Positions 50,695 to 62,480 of a stretch of 64,000 nucleotides of DNA are shown in pieces (the stretch's first letter is position 1; the number at the start of each line of letters is the position of its first letter). Origin of the DNA: Polyangiaceae bacterium (lineage in GTDB: Bacteria; Myxococcota_A; Polyangia; Polyangiales; Polyangiaceae); the NCBI GenBank assembly GCA_050287085.1, contig JBNKBE010000017.1:84531-148530 (forward strand). The letters are read 5' to 3'. The notes under the pieces were generated by a model. The model had not been told where the DNA came from. It was given only the letters and a program-made list of their open reading frames with translations, and searched no databases. The translations under genes and the position numbers were made by a program.

Positions 50695-51321
50695 CTAGGG
50701 GAGCTCCGCGAAGACGTCCCCCACGGAGCGCCGTCTCGGCGGCTTTGACGCCGGCGCCGCTGCGCGCCCGATCCACAGAAATCCAACGATTTCCTGAGAG
50801 CCGGGGTCCAAGCCCAAGAGCTCGTAGGTCTGCGGCAAGGTGGAAAGCGCGCCGGTTCCCCACTTGGCGCCTACTCCGTATGCCCACAAGTAGTGAGCGA
50901 TATTGAGGATCGCACAAGCCAGGGAAGCGTAGTCCTCACGCCTCACATCGGGTTTGGCATGCAGCCGCTGAGTTGCGACCAACAGTTCCGGCGGACCACA
51001 TACCTTTTGGCGCAGCTTGGCAAGCGCGCCTTCATTCAGAGACGATCCGTCCTTTTCCTTGTCGAGCCGAGCGATCTCGAACAACTTCGCCCGCGTCTGC
51101 CCGCCCACCCGAACGAAACCCCAGGGTTCGGTCATGCGATGGTTCGGGGCTGCACAAGCGACCTCGATCGCCCCTCTCAGCAACTCAATGCTGACCGGCT
51201 CCGGCGTGAACTCGTGCGGTGTTGTCCGCGTCAGCATTAGGTCGCGAACTCGATCGGCAAACGCCTCGGAGGCCGCAGCCCCCGAAGGGGCCACGGCGTG
51301 ACTCATACTTTCCTCGTGCAT
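50695..51321 (-). CDS. Nitroreductase family protein
   Basis: RTTPHEF, AAPNHRMTEPW, REDYAS and GVGAKWGTG motifs (YdjA-like). Confidence 0.88.
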   Translation of the reverse strand: MHEESMSHAVAPSGAAASEAFADRVRDLMLTRTTPHEFTPEPVSIELLRGAIEVACAAPNHRMTEPWGFVRVGGQTRAKLFEIARLDKEKDGSSLNEGALAKLRQKVCGPPELLVATQRLHAKPDVRREDYASLACAILNIAHYLWAYGVGAKWGTGALSTLPQTYELLGLDPGSQEIVGFLWIGRAAAPASKPPRRRSVGDVFAELP

Positions 51322-51333
51322 GCCCGGAATGTA

Positions 51334-54300
51334 CTATTCGGCCGCGGTGTCCGCTACCTCGCCGTGCTCGAGGCAATGCCAAGACTCGGGTCCCAGCGGC
51401 GCGTCCAGCTCAGACTGAGCCGGCAGCTCCAGCCACACACTGCCAGCCTCAACCTTGACTGGGAATGTGGCGATCGACATGTCGTCGCCTGAAAGGCAAG
51501 TGCCGTCCTCCAGGGAAAAGGTCTTCTTGTGCAGCGGGCAGGCAACCTTGGGCGTACCACCTGCGTCCCCAACAATGCCACGCGCCAGCACCATGTCCTT
51601 GCGATGAGGGCACTTGTTTTGCACCGCATACCATTGACCACGAGAGCTGAAGTTGAACACCGCGATCTGGGCACGCCCGTATTGAACCGACATACCGGCT
51701 TCACGCGGGAAATCGCTCTCCGCACCAACCCTTACCCACTGACGCTGCAGCACAGGGAGTCGCACAGGTGTATGGCTCTTGACGTCGGCTTTGGTCCACG
51801 GGCGAGGATGGTGCATCTCCCGGGCTGGGACGAAGGTGACGTTCTCATCTCCTTCTTCGGAGTTCACGAAATGACGGAATCGCGCTCGCAGGGTGGGATC
51901 CTTCACCACTTCGGCCCATTCGCAATGATAGGTATCGACCAGGTGTTGCATATCGCGCTCCAGCTGCTCCGCGATACCAAGACTGTCATCCAGGACGACC
52001 CTGCGGAGCTGCTCGATGCCGCCCTCCAACTTCTCCAGCCAAACACTGGTGCGAGTCAGCTTGTCCGCGGTCGCGATGTAATACATGATGAAGCGATCGA
52101 GATAGCGTATCGCGTCTTCCGCAGACACGTCGGCCACCAGCAAATCCGCATGACGCGGCTTCGCTCCACCGTTTCCGCCAACGTAGACATTGTACCCGTT
52201 TTCGGTGGCGATCAGACCGAAGTCCTTGCTCTGCGCCTCGGCACACTCACGCACGCACCCAGAAACGGCCGATTTCAGCTTATGCGGTGAACGAATGCCC
52301 TTGTAGCGATTCTCAACGCGAACCGCCATTCCGACTGAATCCTGTACCCCAAAACGGCACCATGTGCTGCCGACGCAGCTCTTGACGGTACGCAGCGCTT
52401 TCCCATAGGCGTGCCCGGATTCAAAGCCAGCCTTGCCAAGATCCTCCCAAATGTCTGGAAGTTGGTTGACCCTGGCACCGAACAAGTCGATGCGCTGTCC
52501 CCCGGTAATCTTGGTGTACAAGTCATACTTCTTGGCGACCTCGCCGATGGCGATAAGTCGCTCCGGAGTGATTTCCCCCCCCGGAATGCGTGGTACGACC
52601 GAATAGGTCCCCTGGCGCTGAATATTGGCCAGGAATCGATCGTTGGTGTCCTGTAGGTAGTCGTGGCGCACCACCAAATGATTGACAACACTCGCCAAGA
52701 TAGAGGCGATAGTGGGCTTGCAGACTTCACAACCTGACCCGCCGTTGCCCGCCGCTGCCATCACCGCGTCAAACGACTCGAGTCTTCGGACCTGAACAAT
52801 GTGGAAGAGCTCTTGACGTGTATGGCTGAAGTGCTCACACAAAACCGGCCGCACTTCATGACCCAGTCGTCGCAGCTCCTGGTTGAAGATATCGGTCACG
52901 AGCGGCATGCACCCGCCACAGCCACTTCCGGCTTTGGTACACGTCTTCACCTTCGCCAGGGTGTCGCAACCGCCGTCGCGTACGGACAGACAGATCTCGC
53001 CTTTGGTGACGTTGTTGCAAGAGCAGACTTGCATGGCGTCTGGCAGTTCCTGCGCACCGGCTCCCTCACCGCCTCGTACCCCAAGGATGAGTGACTCCGG
53101 CTCATCACCAAGCGGCTCTCCCGACTTGGACAAGTGAAGCAAGCGAGCGTACTCGTCGGCTTCACCGACCAAGCTTCCGCCCAATAGCCGCTGACCATCC
53201 TCACTCAGTATGAGCTTCTTGTAGACACCCTTGACTGAATCCTGGAATACGATAGCGCGATCGCTACTTGCCAGCGCCTCACCAAAGCTGGCTACGTCGA
53301 CGCCCATGAGCTTGAGCTTGGTCGACATATCGGCGCCGGAGAAGTCTGCGCGCCTTCCGGTAAGTCGTTGAGCAACGACGTCCGCCATTTCGTATCCCGG
53401 CCCAACCAAGCCGTAGATCATGCCACGGTGCAGCGCGCACTCGCCGACCGCGAAGATATCCGGGTCGCTGGTAGCTAGGCCGTCATCGACCACGATACCT
53501 CCGCGTTCACCGACGTTGATGCCAGCGTCACGTGCAAGATCGTCACGGGGACGAATGCCCGCCGACACGACGATCATGTCTACGTCCAAACGCTCTCCGT
53601 CTGCGTAGCGAATCCCAGTTACCGTCTCTTCACCTAGGATGCGTGCGGTATTTCGGTCCAAGTGAACCTTGACGCCCAGCGCCTGAATCTTGTCGGCAAG
53701 AACACGCGCGCCCGCAGCATCCAGCTGCCTCGGCATCAAGCGGGGGGCAAACTCGACCACGTGGGTATCGAGCCCAAGCTCCGACACCGCTTTGGCCGCC
53801 TCGAGCCCCAACAAGCCGCCGCCCATGACCGCTGCCCGCTTGCACTTCTTCGAGTACTCGATGATTGCCTCGAGGTCCTCGATCGTGCGATAGACAAACA
53901 CACCGATCTTGTCCATGCCCGGCACCGGTGGTACGAAGGGTGTAGAGCCAGTCGCCATCACCGCTACGTCGTACGCCACCTCTGTGCCGTCGCTAGCTAC
54001 GACTACCCGCCTACGCCGATCAACTTTCGTGACGCGCACGCCCAGCTTCAGAAGAACATCATTCTGCTCGTACCACGAGTGGTCGGCGAGCGAGAGCATC
54101 TGGGGGTCGCGAGTCTCGAAATAGCTGGTCAGGTGCACGCGGTCGTAGGCAGGTCTTGGTTCTTCCGCAAAGGTGACGACCTCGTACTCTCGAGCCGTAT
54201 CGTACTCACGCAACCGCTCACAAAAGCGGTAGCCAACCATGCCATTGCCAATAACGACGACTCGACGTTTACTTCCCTTTGACAGCATTTTGGATTCTCC

Positions 54301-55161
54301 AGCCGCAGTAACCTGTGTGACACCTTGAGTACCTGAGACGATCGACGCATTGCTGTTCACTGCCAGCATTGCCACGACGTCTGACGCCCGCGGCAAAACA
54401 ATGAGTGAACGTGACGGCACGGGCACGACAGCAATGTGGAGTTCGCGCAGTCGCTCTGCTACGGACTCCGTCGCCACGACGCGCACGCCATTGAGCAACT
54501 TGATCAGCTCACCATGTTTCCCCGCAGCGCTGGCCGCTTCGAACAACCAGGTAACTTGTGTTATTCCAGTAAATACGATGCTAACTCCGCGTGCAGCGGA
54601 CAACCGCATCATCACCTCGTCTGCCGCTGGATCACCCACGGGAGCGTTTGAAACCAACCTTGGTGTCGCCCCGATGCTCTCCAAGTACTCAGCCACGCGC
54701 GGGTCCAACACCGGACCCCAATGCTGCAGTCCAACGACTCGGCCGCCAAACTCGAGTCCGGGAAGAGCAGCGAGAAGCGCGTCGCTCGTACGGCAGCTCA
54801 ACTTGACAGCCACGGCAACGCCTAGTTCCGAAAGCGCCCGTGCCGGTTTTGCGCCCAATGAGATGATCCTCACGGCGCGGAGCGCTTGAGCGAGCTCCCG
54901 ATCCTTGCCCATTGCCGCGGCAAACTCCACCAGCAGATGGACCCCTTGCGCCGTCGCAAACACCACATCGTCGTATTCGCCTTCGGCCAGCTCCGCCAAC
55001 CAGCGCTCGACCGTACGACTTCCGGTACGACCGTCCGCCAGACGATAGGGCTGCACCCGTCCCCCGAGCCCCCGGATTACTTCAGCAAGCTCCGCCAACT
55101 GCCGCCCCTCGGGCAACAGAACGGTCTGATCTTTTAGGGGTTGGTCATGCGCAACGCTCAC
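51334..55161 (-). CDS. nirB: NAD(P)H nitrite reductase NirB fused to N-terminal HemD-like and C-terminal NirD (Rieske) domains
   Basis: HemD-like VVFATAQGV / IVFTGITQV; NirB VVIGNGMVG, GGGLLGLEAA, CSCN..GCGGC, KSCVGSTWCRFG, SGCVRECA; NirD CPH..ARG..CPLH. Probable GTG at 55161 (AGGA upstream); no stop codon between domains. Confidence 0.92.
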   Translation of the reverse strand: MSVAHDQPLKDQTVLLPEGRQLAELAEVIRGLGGRVQPYRLADGRTGSRTVERWLAELAEGEYDDVVFATAQGVHLLVEFAAAMGKDRELAQALRAVRIISLGAKPARALSELGVAVAVKLSCRTSDALLAALPGLEFGGRVVGLQHWGPVLDPRVAEYLESIGATPRLVSNAPVGDPAADEVMMRLSAARGVSIVFTGITQVTWLFEAASAAGKHGELIKLLNGVRVVATESVAERLRELHIAVVPVPSRSLIVLPRASDVVAMLAVNSNASIVSGTQGVTQVTAAGESKMLSKGSKRRVVVIGNGMVGYRFCERLREYDTAREYEVVTFAEEPRPAYDRVHLTSYFETRDPQMLSLADHSWYEQNDVLLKLGVRVTKVDRRRRVVVASDGTEVAYDVAVMATGSTPFVPPVPGMDKIGVFVYRTIEDLEAIIEYSKKCKRAAVMGGGLLGLEAAKAVSELGLDTHVVEFAPRLMPRQLDAAGARVLADKIQALGVKVHLDRNTARILGEETVTGIRYADGERLDVDMIVVSAGIRPRDDLARDAGINVGERGGIVVDDGLATSDPDIFAVGECALHRGMIYGLVGPGYEMADVVAQRLTGRRADFSGADMSTKLKLMGVDVASFGEALASSDRAIVFQDSVKGVYKKLILSEDGQRLLGGSLVGEADEYARLLHLSKSGEPLGDEPESLILGVRGGEGAGAQELPDAMQVCSCNNVTKGEICLSVRDGGCDTLAKVKTCTKAGSGCGGCMPLVTDIFNQELRRLGHEVRPVLCEHFSHTRQELFHIVQVRRLESFDAVMAAAGNGGSGCEVCKPTIASILASVVNHLVVRHDYLQDTNDRFLANIQRQGTYSVVPRIPGGEITPERLIAIGEVAKKYDLYTKITGGQRIDLFGARVNQLPDIWEDLGKAGFESGHAYGKALRTVKSCVGSTWCRFGVQDSVGMAVRVENRYKGIRSPHKLKSAVSGCVRECAEAQSKDFGLIATENGYNVYVGGNGGAKPRHADLLVADVSAEDAIRYLDRFIMYYIATADKLTRTSVWLEKLEGGIEQLRRVVLDDSLGIAEQLERDMQHLVDTYHCEWAEVVKDPTLRARFRHFVNSEEGDENVTFVPAREMHHPRPWTKADVKSHTPVRLPVLQRQWVRVGAESDFPREAGMSVQYGRAQIAVFNFSSRGQWYAVQNKCPHRKDMVLARGIVGDAGGTPKVACPLHKKTFSLEDGTCLSGDDMSIATFPVKVEAGSVWLELPAQSELDAPLGPESWHCLEHGEVADTAAE

Positions 55162-55896
55162 AAAGGTCCTTTCCCGGCGAAGTGACTGAGCCACGGTAGT
55201 GCTAAGCCTTGTCCGCCCTTGGCGTAGCTGGCGAACTGATGCCAACCAGCCCTAGGCCGCGCGAGGCGACCACCCCGGCGAAAGTCGTGGTGCAGCAGCC
55301 TCGGAACGGTTCACCCTGATGTATTGATCTGCGGTCTTTGTTGATGGGCGTCGCCCACAGACGCCGCTCCTGTTTGATAGCGAGTGGAGCCTTCCGGCTC
55401 CCCGATGACCTAGAAGGTATCCAAGCCCGGGGAGGACATAAATCCGATTCCCTTGCGTGTCGGCACGCTACGCTAGGGAAACAGGAAACCTGGACGACAC
55501 ATTACGAGGCGCAACCCAAGTGATCTCGCCCGCTTCCTGTTCACCCATAACGGCAACTCACCGACTGATGATGGGTGCGCAACAACAGGGAAACAGTAGT
55601 GCAATGGACAGGGGTAAACTGGCAGGAGGGCCATTTTTTCGACCCAGCGACCAAAGACACCCTATCGCAACTATTCTGAAATGCTGCGGATACGCACCGA
55701 GCGCCGGGCGTAAGGGTTCACAATGTCGAAACCTCGAAGCAACAATCTACGGACCGAAACACGACTTGGGCTGCGGGCTCCGATGCGCTCGAAAGCGGCG
55801 CTGGCCCCCCAGGGAGCCGCACCGAAGAAGCCACGGATCGGGCCGGCGCTAGGAGGGACCGCGATATGAGGCTCAAGCCCGCACTAGAAGCGCTTC

Positions 55897-56865
55897 TCAG
55901 GGCGCGCAGGCGCGAGCCAACGCGGTTGGAAACCCTCTTAGGGTGGAGTGATGCGACTCGGTAGGTCGACTCTCAAAGCGAACCGGAACGTGGCGCACCG
56001 CCCACCTCCAGGCCGACTCATCACCGACGCACTGAATCTCGGCGCGCAGGAGGTCGCCCGAATGAACGGCGATCGGTCGCTCCAAAGGGAAGAAGGCGTG
56101 CTTCCAGCTGGGTGCCGGATTGGGCGGTTGGTTGTTGATGGCCAGTCCACCACAGAGCCGAGCGTCAAACCATCCCCCCAGACCATGAACGACCCCACGT
56201 CGTTTCACCACGAACTCGGCGACGCCGTGAACCAAATCCGGCGCCTCCCCGAGGGTCAGCTCGCATAGCGTCTCGGGGGCTGCCAGAAGCGCGTCGCGTT
56301 CGAGCACGGTTCGGTACACGTTGTTGCGCGCCAGCTGAGCTACCGGCGAGAGGTCCACCCCGAAGGTTTCCAGGGTCCAAACGTCAAAACGCGAGTCGAA
56401 CTCCGGGTCCTCCACGGGAGCCAAGCGCAAAGCTAGATTCTCGGGAATCAAGCGGCCGTTGGGCTTCAGAAAGCGCGCCCGTGCATCGGCAAGAGCAATC
56501 ATGATGCCCTCACCGAGACCGAAGTTCCACAACGTCTCGGAGACGGCTACGTCCACGCGTTCCGGCAGGTCGATGTTCGTCGAACGCCCCCGCATCAGTT
56601 GGATTCTGTCCGAGTAGCCATTGACCTCAAACAGGCGCTCAGCAACATCGCCTATTGCCCCCTGCTCAATGGCGTACACTCGACTTGCTCCAGCGTGACA
56701 AGCGAAGAGGCTCAGTAGCCCTGCGCCAGCCCCAATATCGACGACCACATCGCCCGGCTTCACGACGGCTTGAATAGCCGAGTAGAAAGCTTCACAGCGG
56801 GCGGTGTCCGCGATCAATGAGCGATGATAGTCGAGTACGTCGGCGAGTAATTTCCACACGTACAC
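55897..56865 (-). CDS. PRMT-like class I SAM-dependent methyltransferase
   Basis: H..L..D..R, VVDIGAGAGLLS, VYAIE, DVAVSETLWNFGLGE, FLKPNGRLIP, HGLGGWFD and PSWKH motifs. Confidence 0.85.
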   Translation of the reverse strand: MYVWKLLADVLDYHRSLIADTARCEAFYSAIQAVVKPGDVVVDIGAGAGLLSLFACHAGASRVYAIEQGAIGDVAERLFEVNGYSDRIQLMRGRSTNIDLPERVDVAVSETLWNFGLGEGIMIALADARARFLKPNGRLIPENLALRLAPVEDPEFDSRFDVWTLETFGVDLSPVAQLARNNVYRTVLERDALLAAPETLCELTLGEAPDLVHGVAEFVVKRRGVVHGLGGWFDARLCGGLAINNQPPNPAPSWKHAFFPLERPIAVHSGDLLRAEIQCVGDESAWRWAVRHVPVRFESRPTESHHSTLRGFPTALARACAP

Positions 56866-57063
56866 CCATGAGCAACAAGCGCGCCAAGCGCAAAAGGGCT
56901 ACAACGGCGCTCACACACGGCAGTGACGCCAACGTCCTGACGCTGGTGCCGTCATGCCTCATATGAACCAGGGCTCAAAGCGAAGCACAGACCTGACAAA
57001 GCGCCGCGTCGAGCAGCGTCAAGACGTTGGCACTCTCGTCGGCATGGGGGTGTCGCCGACACC

Positions 57064-57179
57064 CGAGGGCCGGCGGAGGGGAAAGCCCTCCTACGCCGGC
57101 CGAGCCTCTTGCTGCGGCGGGCTGGCTCGTCGCGGCGGACTCTCGACCGGCTCGCGACTGACTTTCCCATTCGCGCGCC

Positions 57180-57183
<4 letters not shown>
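57064..57183 (-). mobile_element. MITE-like element, copy 2 (internally deleted, ~120 bp)
   Basis: Minus strand TTAGGGCGCGCGAATGGGAAAGTCAGTCGCGAGCCGGTCGAGA...GCAGCAAGAGGCTCGGCCGGCGTAG...CTTTCCC matches both arms of copy 1. Confidence 0.75.
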
Positions 57184-58943
<1,760 letters not shown>

Positions 58944-59388
58944 GAAGGGTGTCTCCTTTGCCACACGGCGCCTTTGGCGACGCCATACGGCCAAGCATCA
59001 CTGGCAGTGCCCACAGCTTGGCACTGAACTAATTTGGAACTAGGGCGGTCCTCGGGTCACCCCACGGTCGCGCGCGGATAACATGTTCCACGGCGAGTGG
59101 GAATAACCTCGGGCCGAGTATTTGCGTTTGGTACGCCGCCGCTCAGCATTGGTACAGTCCGTATCAGGACGTCTTCGCAGGACCTACCGTGCCGAGAACG
59201 ACACTGAACCCGGAGTCGCGGGATGTCCGGCCACGATGGGGAGGCTTGGCGCCTGCGTCTTCTGGCTCTTGACGCCGGCCGGCACACGCGACCCAGTAAC
59301 TCAAATCCCAGCTGGGTGAAGTCCGAGCTTGGTACCGATGTACTGATTGAAAATTGCGACGTTGGTCTGGCTTAAGGGTGGGGGGTTC

Positions 59389-59409
59389 AAAGAAAGGCAC
59401 CGAAGCGCC
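59389..59409 (-). terminator. Possible intrinsic terminator downstream of the HMG-CoA synthase gene
   Basis: Minus strand GGCGC-TTCG-GTGCC followed by TTTCTTT; the stem is short. Confidence 0.45.
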
Positions 59410-59519
59410 GGCGGCTTGAAGGCCGCATAGGCTGACGGCTAGGCCGCTAGCGCGCAAGGCGCCGCCCGCCCTGCGCGCACATTTCCCCCCCTATCGACCT
59501 TCCGGCCGCTCGGCAGCCT

Positions 59520-60983
59520 CTAGGCGACGTACTCGTAGTACTCCACGCCGAGGTCCTGGAATCCGGCTGCGTATTGGTCTCCGACGCGCGCGATCTGAAA
59601 CTCTCCTGAACGAGAGTAGCTCACCCCCGACTCGCGCCCGTCGTGCAGCGCCTCGTACTGGGACTGCGTTAGATCCACAGGGTTCTCCAATGCAGCGGCG
59701 AAACCGATTCTGGCCGCGGCCTCCCGCCAGCCGGGAACGAGACTGATCGGAAGCGCCTCAGCAGCGTCGCCACTGCCGTATCCCACGGCCACCATCGGTG
59801 CGTCGACCAGATCCAAGCCAGCGGCGCCAGCCTCCTCGAGCCCCGCCGCTATCCATGCTGGCAGTGCCGCCGAGTAGAGGTTACCCAGCTCCTTCACGGA
59901 CTCTGAGCCGAGCTGCATCTTCTCGGCCAGCAGCGCCCGGAACTTCGTTTGCTTGCGAAGCACCCCCGCGACCACGCTGGTGGCGACATAGGGGTTCTCA
60001 GGAGCTCGCCCTTCGAGAATCGGACCGTAGAGATCCGGAACGCTGCGCGCTTCGGCGATCACGTCCTCGACGTCGACTTCCGCGAGCTCACACAGCCCGC
60101 GCAGCTCGTCATGATGGTGCTCGCCGCGAGCCAACCCTCGGACGTAGAGGAAGCTCATAGCCTGCACCGGCATCAGATGGTACGGGCGGTGGAAGAACAG
60201 CGCTCGAACGCTCTCGTAGTATTGCCCCGCCGTTGTGTCCATCTTGGCCAACATCGCTTCAACAGCGTGCACGGTCTCGTCCAAATAGGAAAAGGTCGAG
60301 TACTTCCCACTAAAAACCGGAAAATCGCTGAGTCGAATCGTGTTGGGCGCGTAGCTATCGACGAAGTGCCGAGCGAAGGGCTTGCGGAAGTCGGGCCCTC
60401 GGTAGTCCGACGCGGAAGCAGCACGCGCCAGGTCGACGCGAAATAACTTGGGCTCCGCCTCCACCAACAGGGCAACCGCGCCAGCCCCCTGGGTCTGTTC
60501 GCCAGTACTACCGCGTTCGTACTCCGCGACATCGGCGCTTACGACGATGGCCAGCTTGTCTCGCCCATCAAATGCGGCATAGCGGAGGGCACTCTTGAGG
60601 GCGTACACCCCGCCCAGGCATGCGTGCTTGAACTCAGGCACCTCCAACTGCCTCGACAGCGGCTGCTTGCCCTTCTTTCGCAGGGCCAGATCGATCATGC
60701 CCCGCACAATGACCGCCCCCGCTGCGTTGTCCGTGCTCGACTCGGTTCCCAGCCCGAGGAAGCCGACACGAGACGGATCGATGTCATTGTCCTCGATCAA
60801 ACGAAGAACCGCGTTGGCCGCCATTGTGTAGATGTTCTCTCGCGGGCCGCATACGCGGAAGCTATGGCCAACGACGCTGCGGATCTTGTCCCAAGAATTG
60901 TCCGTCCATTCACACCACTGCTGCAGGCGCACTCGCGGACGTGGCACATACAGGCTCATTGCACTTACACCGGGGGAACTCAT
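59520..60983 (-). CDS. mvaS: Hydroxymethylglutaryl-CoA synthase family protein
   Basis: LGTESSTD, FKHACLGG (catalytic Cys), GEQTQGAGAVA, FHRPY, GNLYSA and GYGSG motifs. Confidence 0.85.
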   Translation of the reverse strand: MSSPGVSAMSLYVPRPRVRLQQWCEWTDNSWDKIRSVVGHSFRVCGPRENIYTMAANAVLRLIEDNDIDPSRVGFLGLGTESSTDNAAGAVIVRGMIDLALRKKGKQPLSRQLEVPEFKHACLGGVYALKSALRYAAFDGRDKLAIVVSADVAEYERGSTGEQTQGAGAVALLVEAEPKLFRVDLARAASASDYRGPDFRKPFARHFVDSYAPNTIRLSDFPVFSGKYSTFSYLDETVHAVEAMLAKMDTTAGQYYESVRALFFHRPYHLMPVQAMSFLYVRGLARGEHHHDELRGLCELAEVDVEDVIAEARSVPDLYGPILEGRAPENPYVATSVVAGVLRKQTKFRALLAEKMQLGSESVKELGNLYSAALPAWIAAGLEEAGAAGLDLVDAPMVAVGYGSGDAAEALPISLVPGWREAAARIGFAAALENPVDLTQSQYEALHDGRESGVSYSRSGEFQIARVGDQYAAGFQDLGVEYYEYVA

Positions 60984-61357
60984 AGGCGTATCGGTCTCCT
61001 TACACGGTCCCAGACAAGGACCGGCGACGAGTGTAGTAACCCACGGCGCTACGAAAAGCGGCGCGACATCCCTAGGCCGGCAAAAGGGAGCAACACCAAT
61101 CGGGGGGCCGGCGCGCTTTTCAGGCTCGCTCGAGTTCCGCCCACATGTGGGACGAAACTTATCCGCTGGATTTTACAGTGCCTTCTGCCCGGCTGCGCTC
61201 GCAAGCGACGCAACAGTCCCGCGCCGGCGCGAAAAACGATACGCGGAAGGCATTAAGGTCACGACGGACGCGGTCGTACTGTTCAACCGGGGGTCACGCT
61301 TGGGGGGCCCGCGCTGGGGCGCCGCCCCCAGGGGGCACTCGTAGCACCGGAGAATCC

Positions 61358-61729
61358 GTGCAGGCACTCATCTTCAACATCCTAGAACAAACTGCGAGCC
61401 GAACGGGCTGCGACGAAGAAGCGTGGGAACTCGTCATGGAGTTCGCCGCGGCGGAAGCCACCCTGCGCGACGAAGGGGTTCCGTGGGGGCAGGGGGTCGA
61501 TGAAGTGCGCCTCGGTCAGCTGCGATACCAGGCCGCGGCGCGCACTCTGCTCCAATGCCTCACACTGCCGACAATCGACGACGAGACGGATCCCGACCTC
61601 GATGGACTGCCTGAAGACCTGGCACACCGCAGCTGGTTTGGCGCAGCCGCCCCCCCCGACGCTGAAGACGACGACTGGGACCCGTGGAGCCTCGCCTTTC
61701 CTTTTGGTCCCACGAAGTCCAGCTCTTAG
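61358..61729 (+). CDS. Small acidic hypothetical protein with H-NOX-like N-terminus
   Basis: GGAGA before GTG 61358; begins VQALIFNILEQ...EEAWELV. Confidence 0.5.
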   Translation: MQALIFNILEQTASRTGCDEEAWELVMEFAAAEATLRDEGVPWGQGVDEVRLGQLRYQAAARTLLQCLTLPTIDDETDPDLDGLPEDLAHRSWFGAAAPPDAEDDDWDPWSLAFPFGPTKSSS

Positions 61730-61895
61730 AGCGGAAAGCCAGTCGCGAGCCGGTCGAGACCGCCGCGAGGTGGGCGCGTGAGGAGAGAGCACCGCAGAGC
61801 GACTGCAGTAGCTCGAGGAGTATGGCGACTAGCCCGCCCAACACAACAAGAGGTGCGGCCGGGCTAGTATTGCTTTCCCATTCACGGGCCTCTAG
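61726..61895 (+). mobile_element. MITE-like element, copy 3
   Basis: GGAAAGCCAGTCGCGAGCCGGTCGAGACCGCCGCGAGGTGGGCGCGTGAGGAG...CAGTAGCTCGAGGAG...GCTTTCCCATTCACGGGCCTCTAG, colinear with copy 1. Confidence 0.8.
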
Positions 61896-61969
61896 GTCAC
61901 CGCGCCAAAGTCGAGACGGGCTTGGCTCGTTGTTGCCAGCGGAGGTCGCCCGTGACAATTGTGGTGGTC

Positions 61970-62401
61970 ATGTTTCACCTCGACGCGCGACTGCAAGCCG
62001 ATACGGTTCCGCTCACTTCCTTTCCCCTATCGGAAGTGCTGCTCATGGACGATGCCCAATATCCTTGGGTCATTCTGGTACCGCGTCGTCCGGGCGTGAC
62101 AGAGCTGCACGAGCTGAACGAAGCCGATCGAATACAGCTGCTGAGCGAGTCGACCAAGGTTGGCAGAACGCTGTCGCAGCTCTTTCCTACTTCCAAGCTG
62201 AACGTAGCGGCGCTGGGCAACGTCGTCTCTCAACTACATCTGCATCACGTCGTCCGAACCCCGGACGATCCGGCATGGCCCGGACCGGTTTGGGGGCGAC
62301 TTCCTCGCAAACCCTATACCGCCACAGCGCGAACGCAGCTCGCCGACATCCTGAGACAAGCGCTTGCCAGTGAAGGCAAAGCTTCCCCCTACGCTCACTA
62401 G
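61970..62401 (+). CDS. HIT family protein
   Basis: FHLDARLQADT, PWVILVPRR, KLNVAALGNVVSQLHLHHV and DPAWPGPVWG motifs. Confidence 0.92.
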   Translation: MFHLDARLQADTVPLTSFPLSEVLLMDDAQYPWVILVPRRPGVTELHELNEADRIQLLSESTKVGRTLSQLFPTSKLNVAALGNVVSQLHLHHVVRTPDDPAWPGPVWGRLPRKPYTATARTQLADILRQALASEGKASPYAH

Positions 62402-62480
62402 AGCAGCAACGACAGCGCTCGCCCCGCGATGGTGAGCGCCTGCTGGGCGCTCACCAAAACACGCCAGTGAATAGCACCTC

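Noticed and set aside
55170..55890. Sigma-54 promoter, NtrC boxes or ANTAR hairpins upstream of nirB
   Set aside because: TTGGCATCAGTTCGC has the wrong GG-to-GC spacing; only a 10-bp direct repeat (AGGGAAACAG) was seen, too weak to call.
57048..57064. Palindrome GGGTGTCG-C-CGACACCC as a terminator
   Set aside because: One-base loop and no U-tract; it abuts element copy 2 and its function cannot be supported.
58950..59390. 6S RNA, SRP RNA, RNase P or tmRNA upstream of the sigma factor gene
   Set aside because: No diagnostic sequence motifs recognisable by eye.
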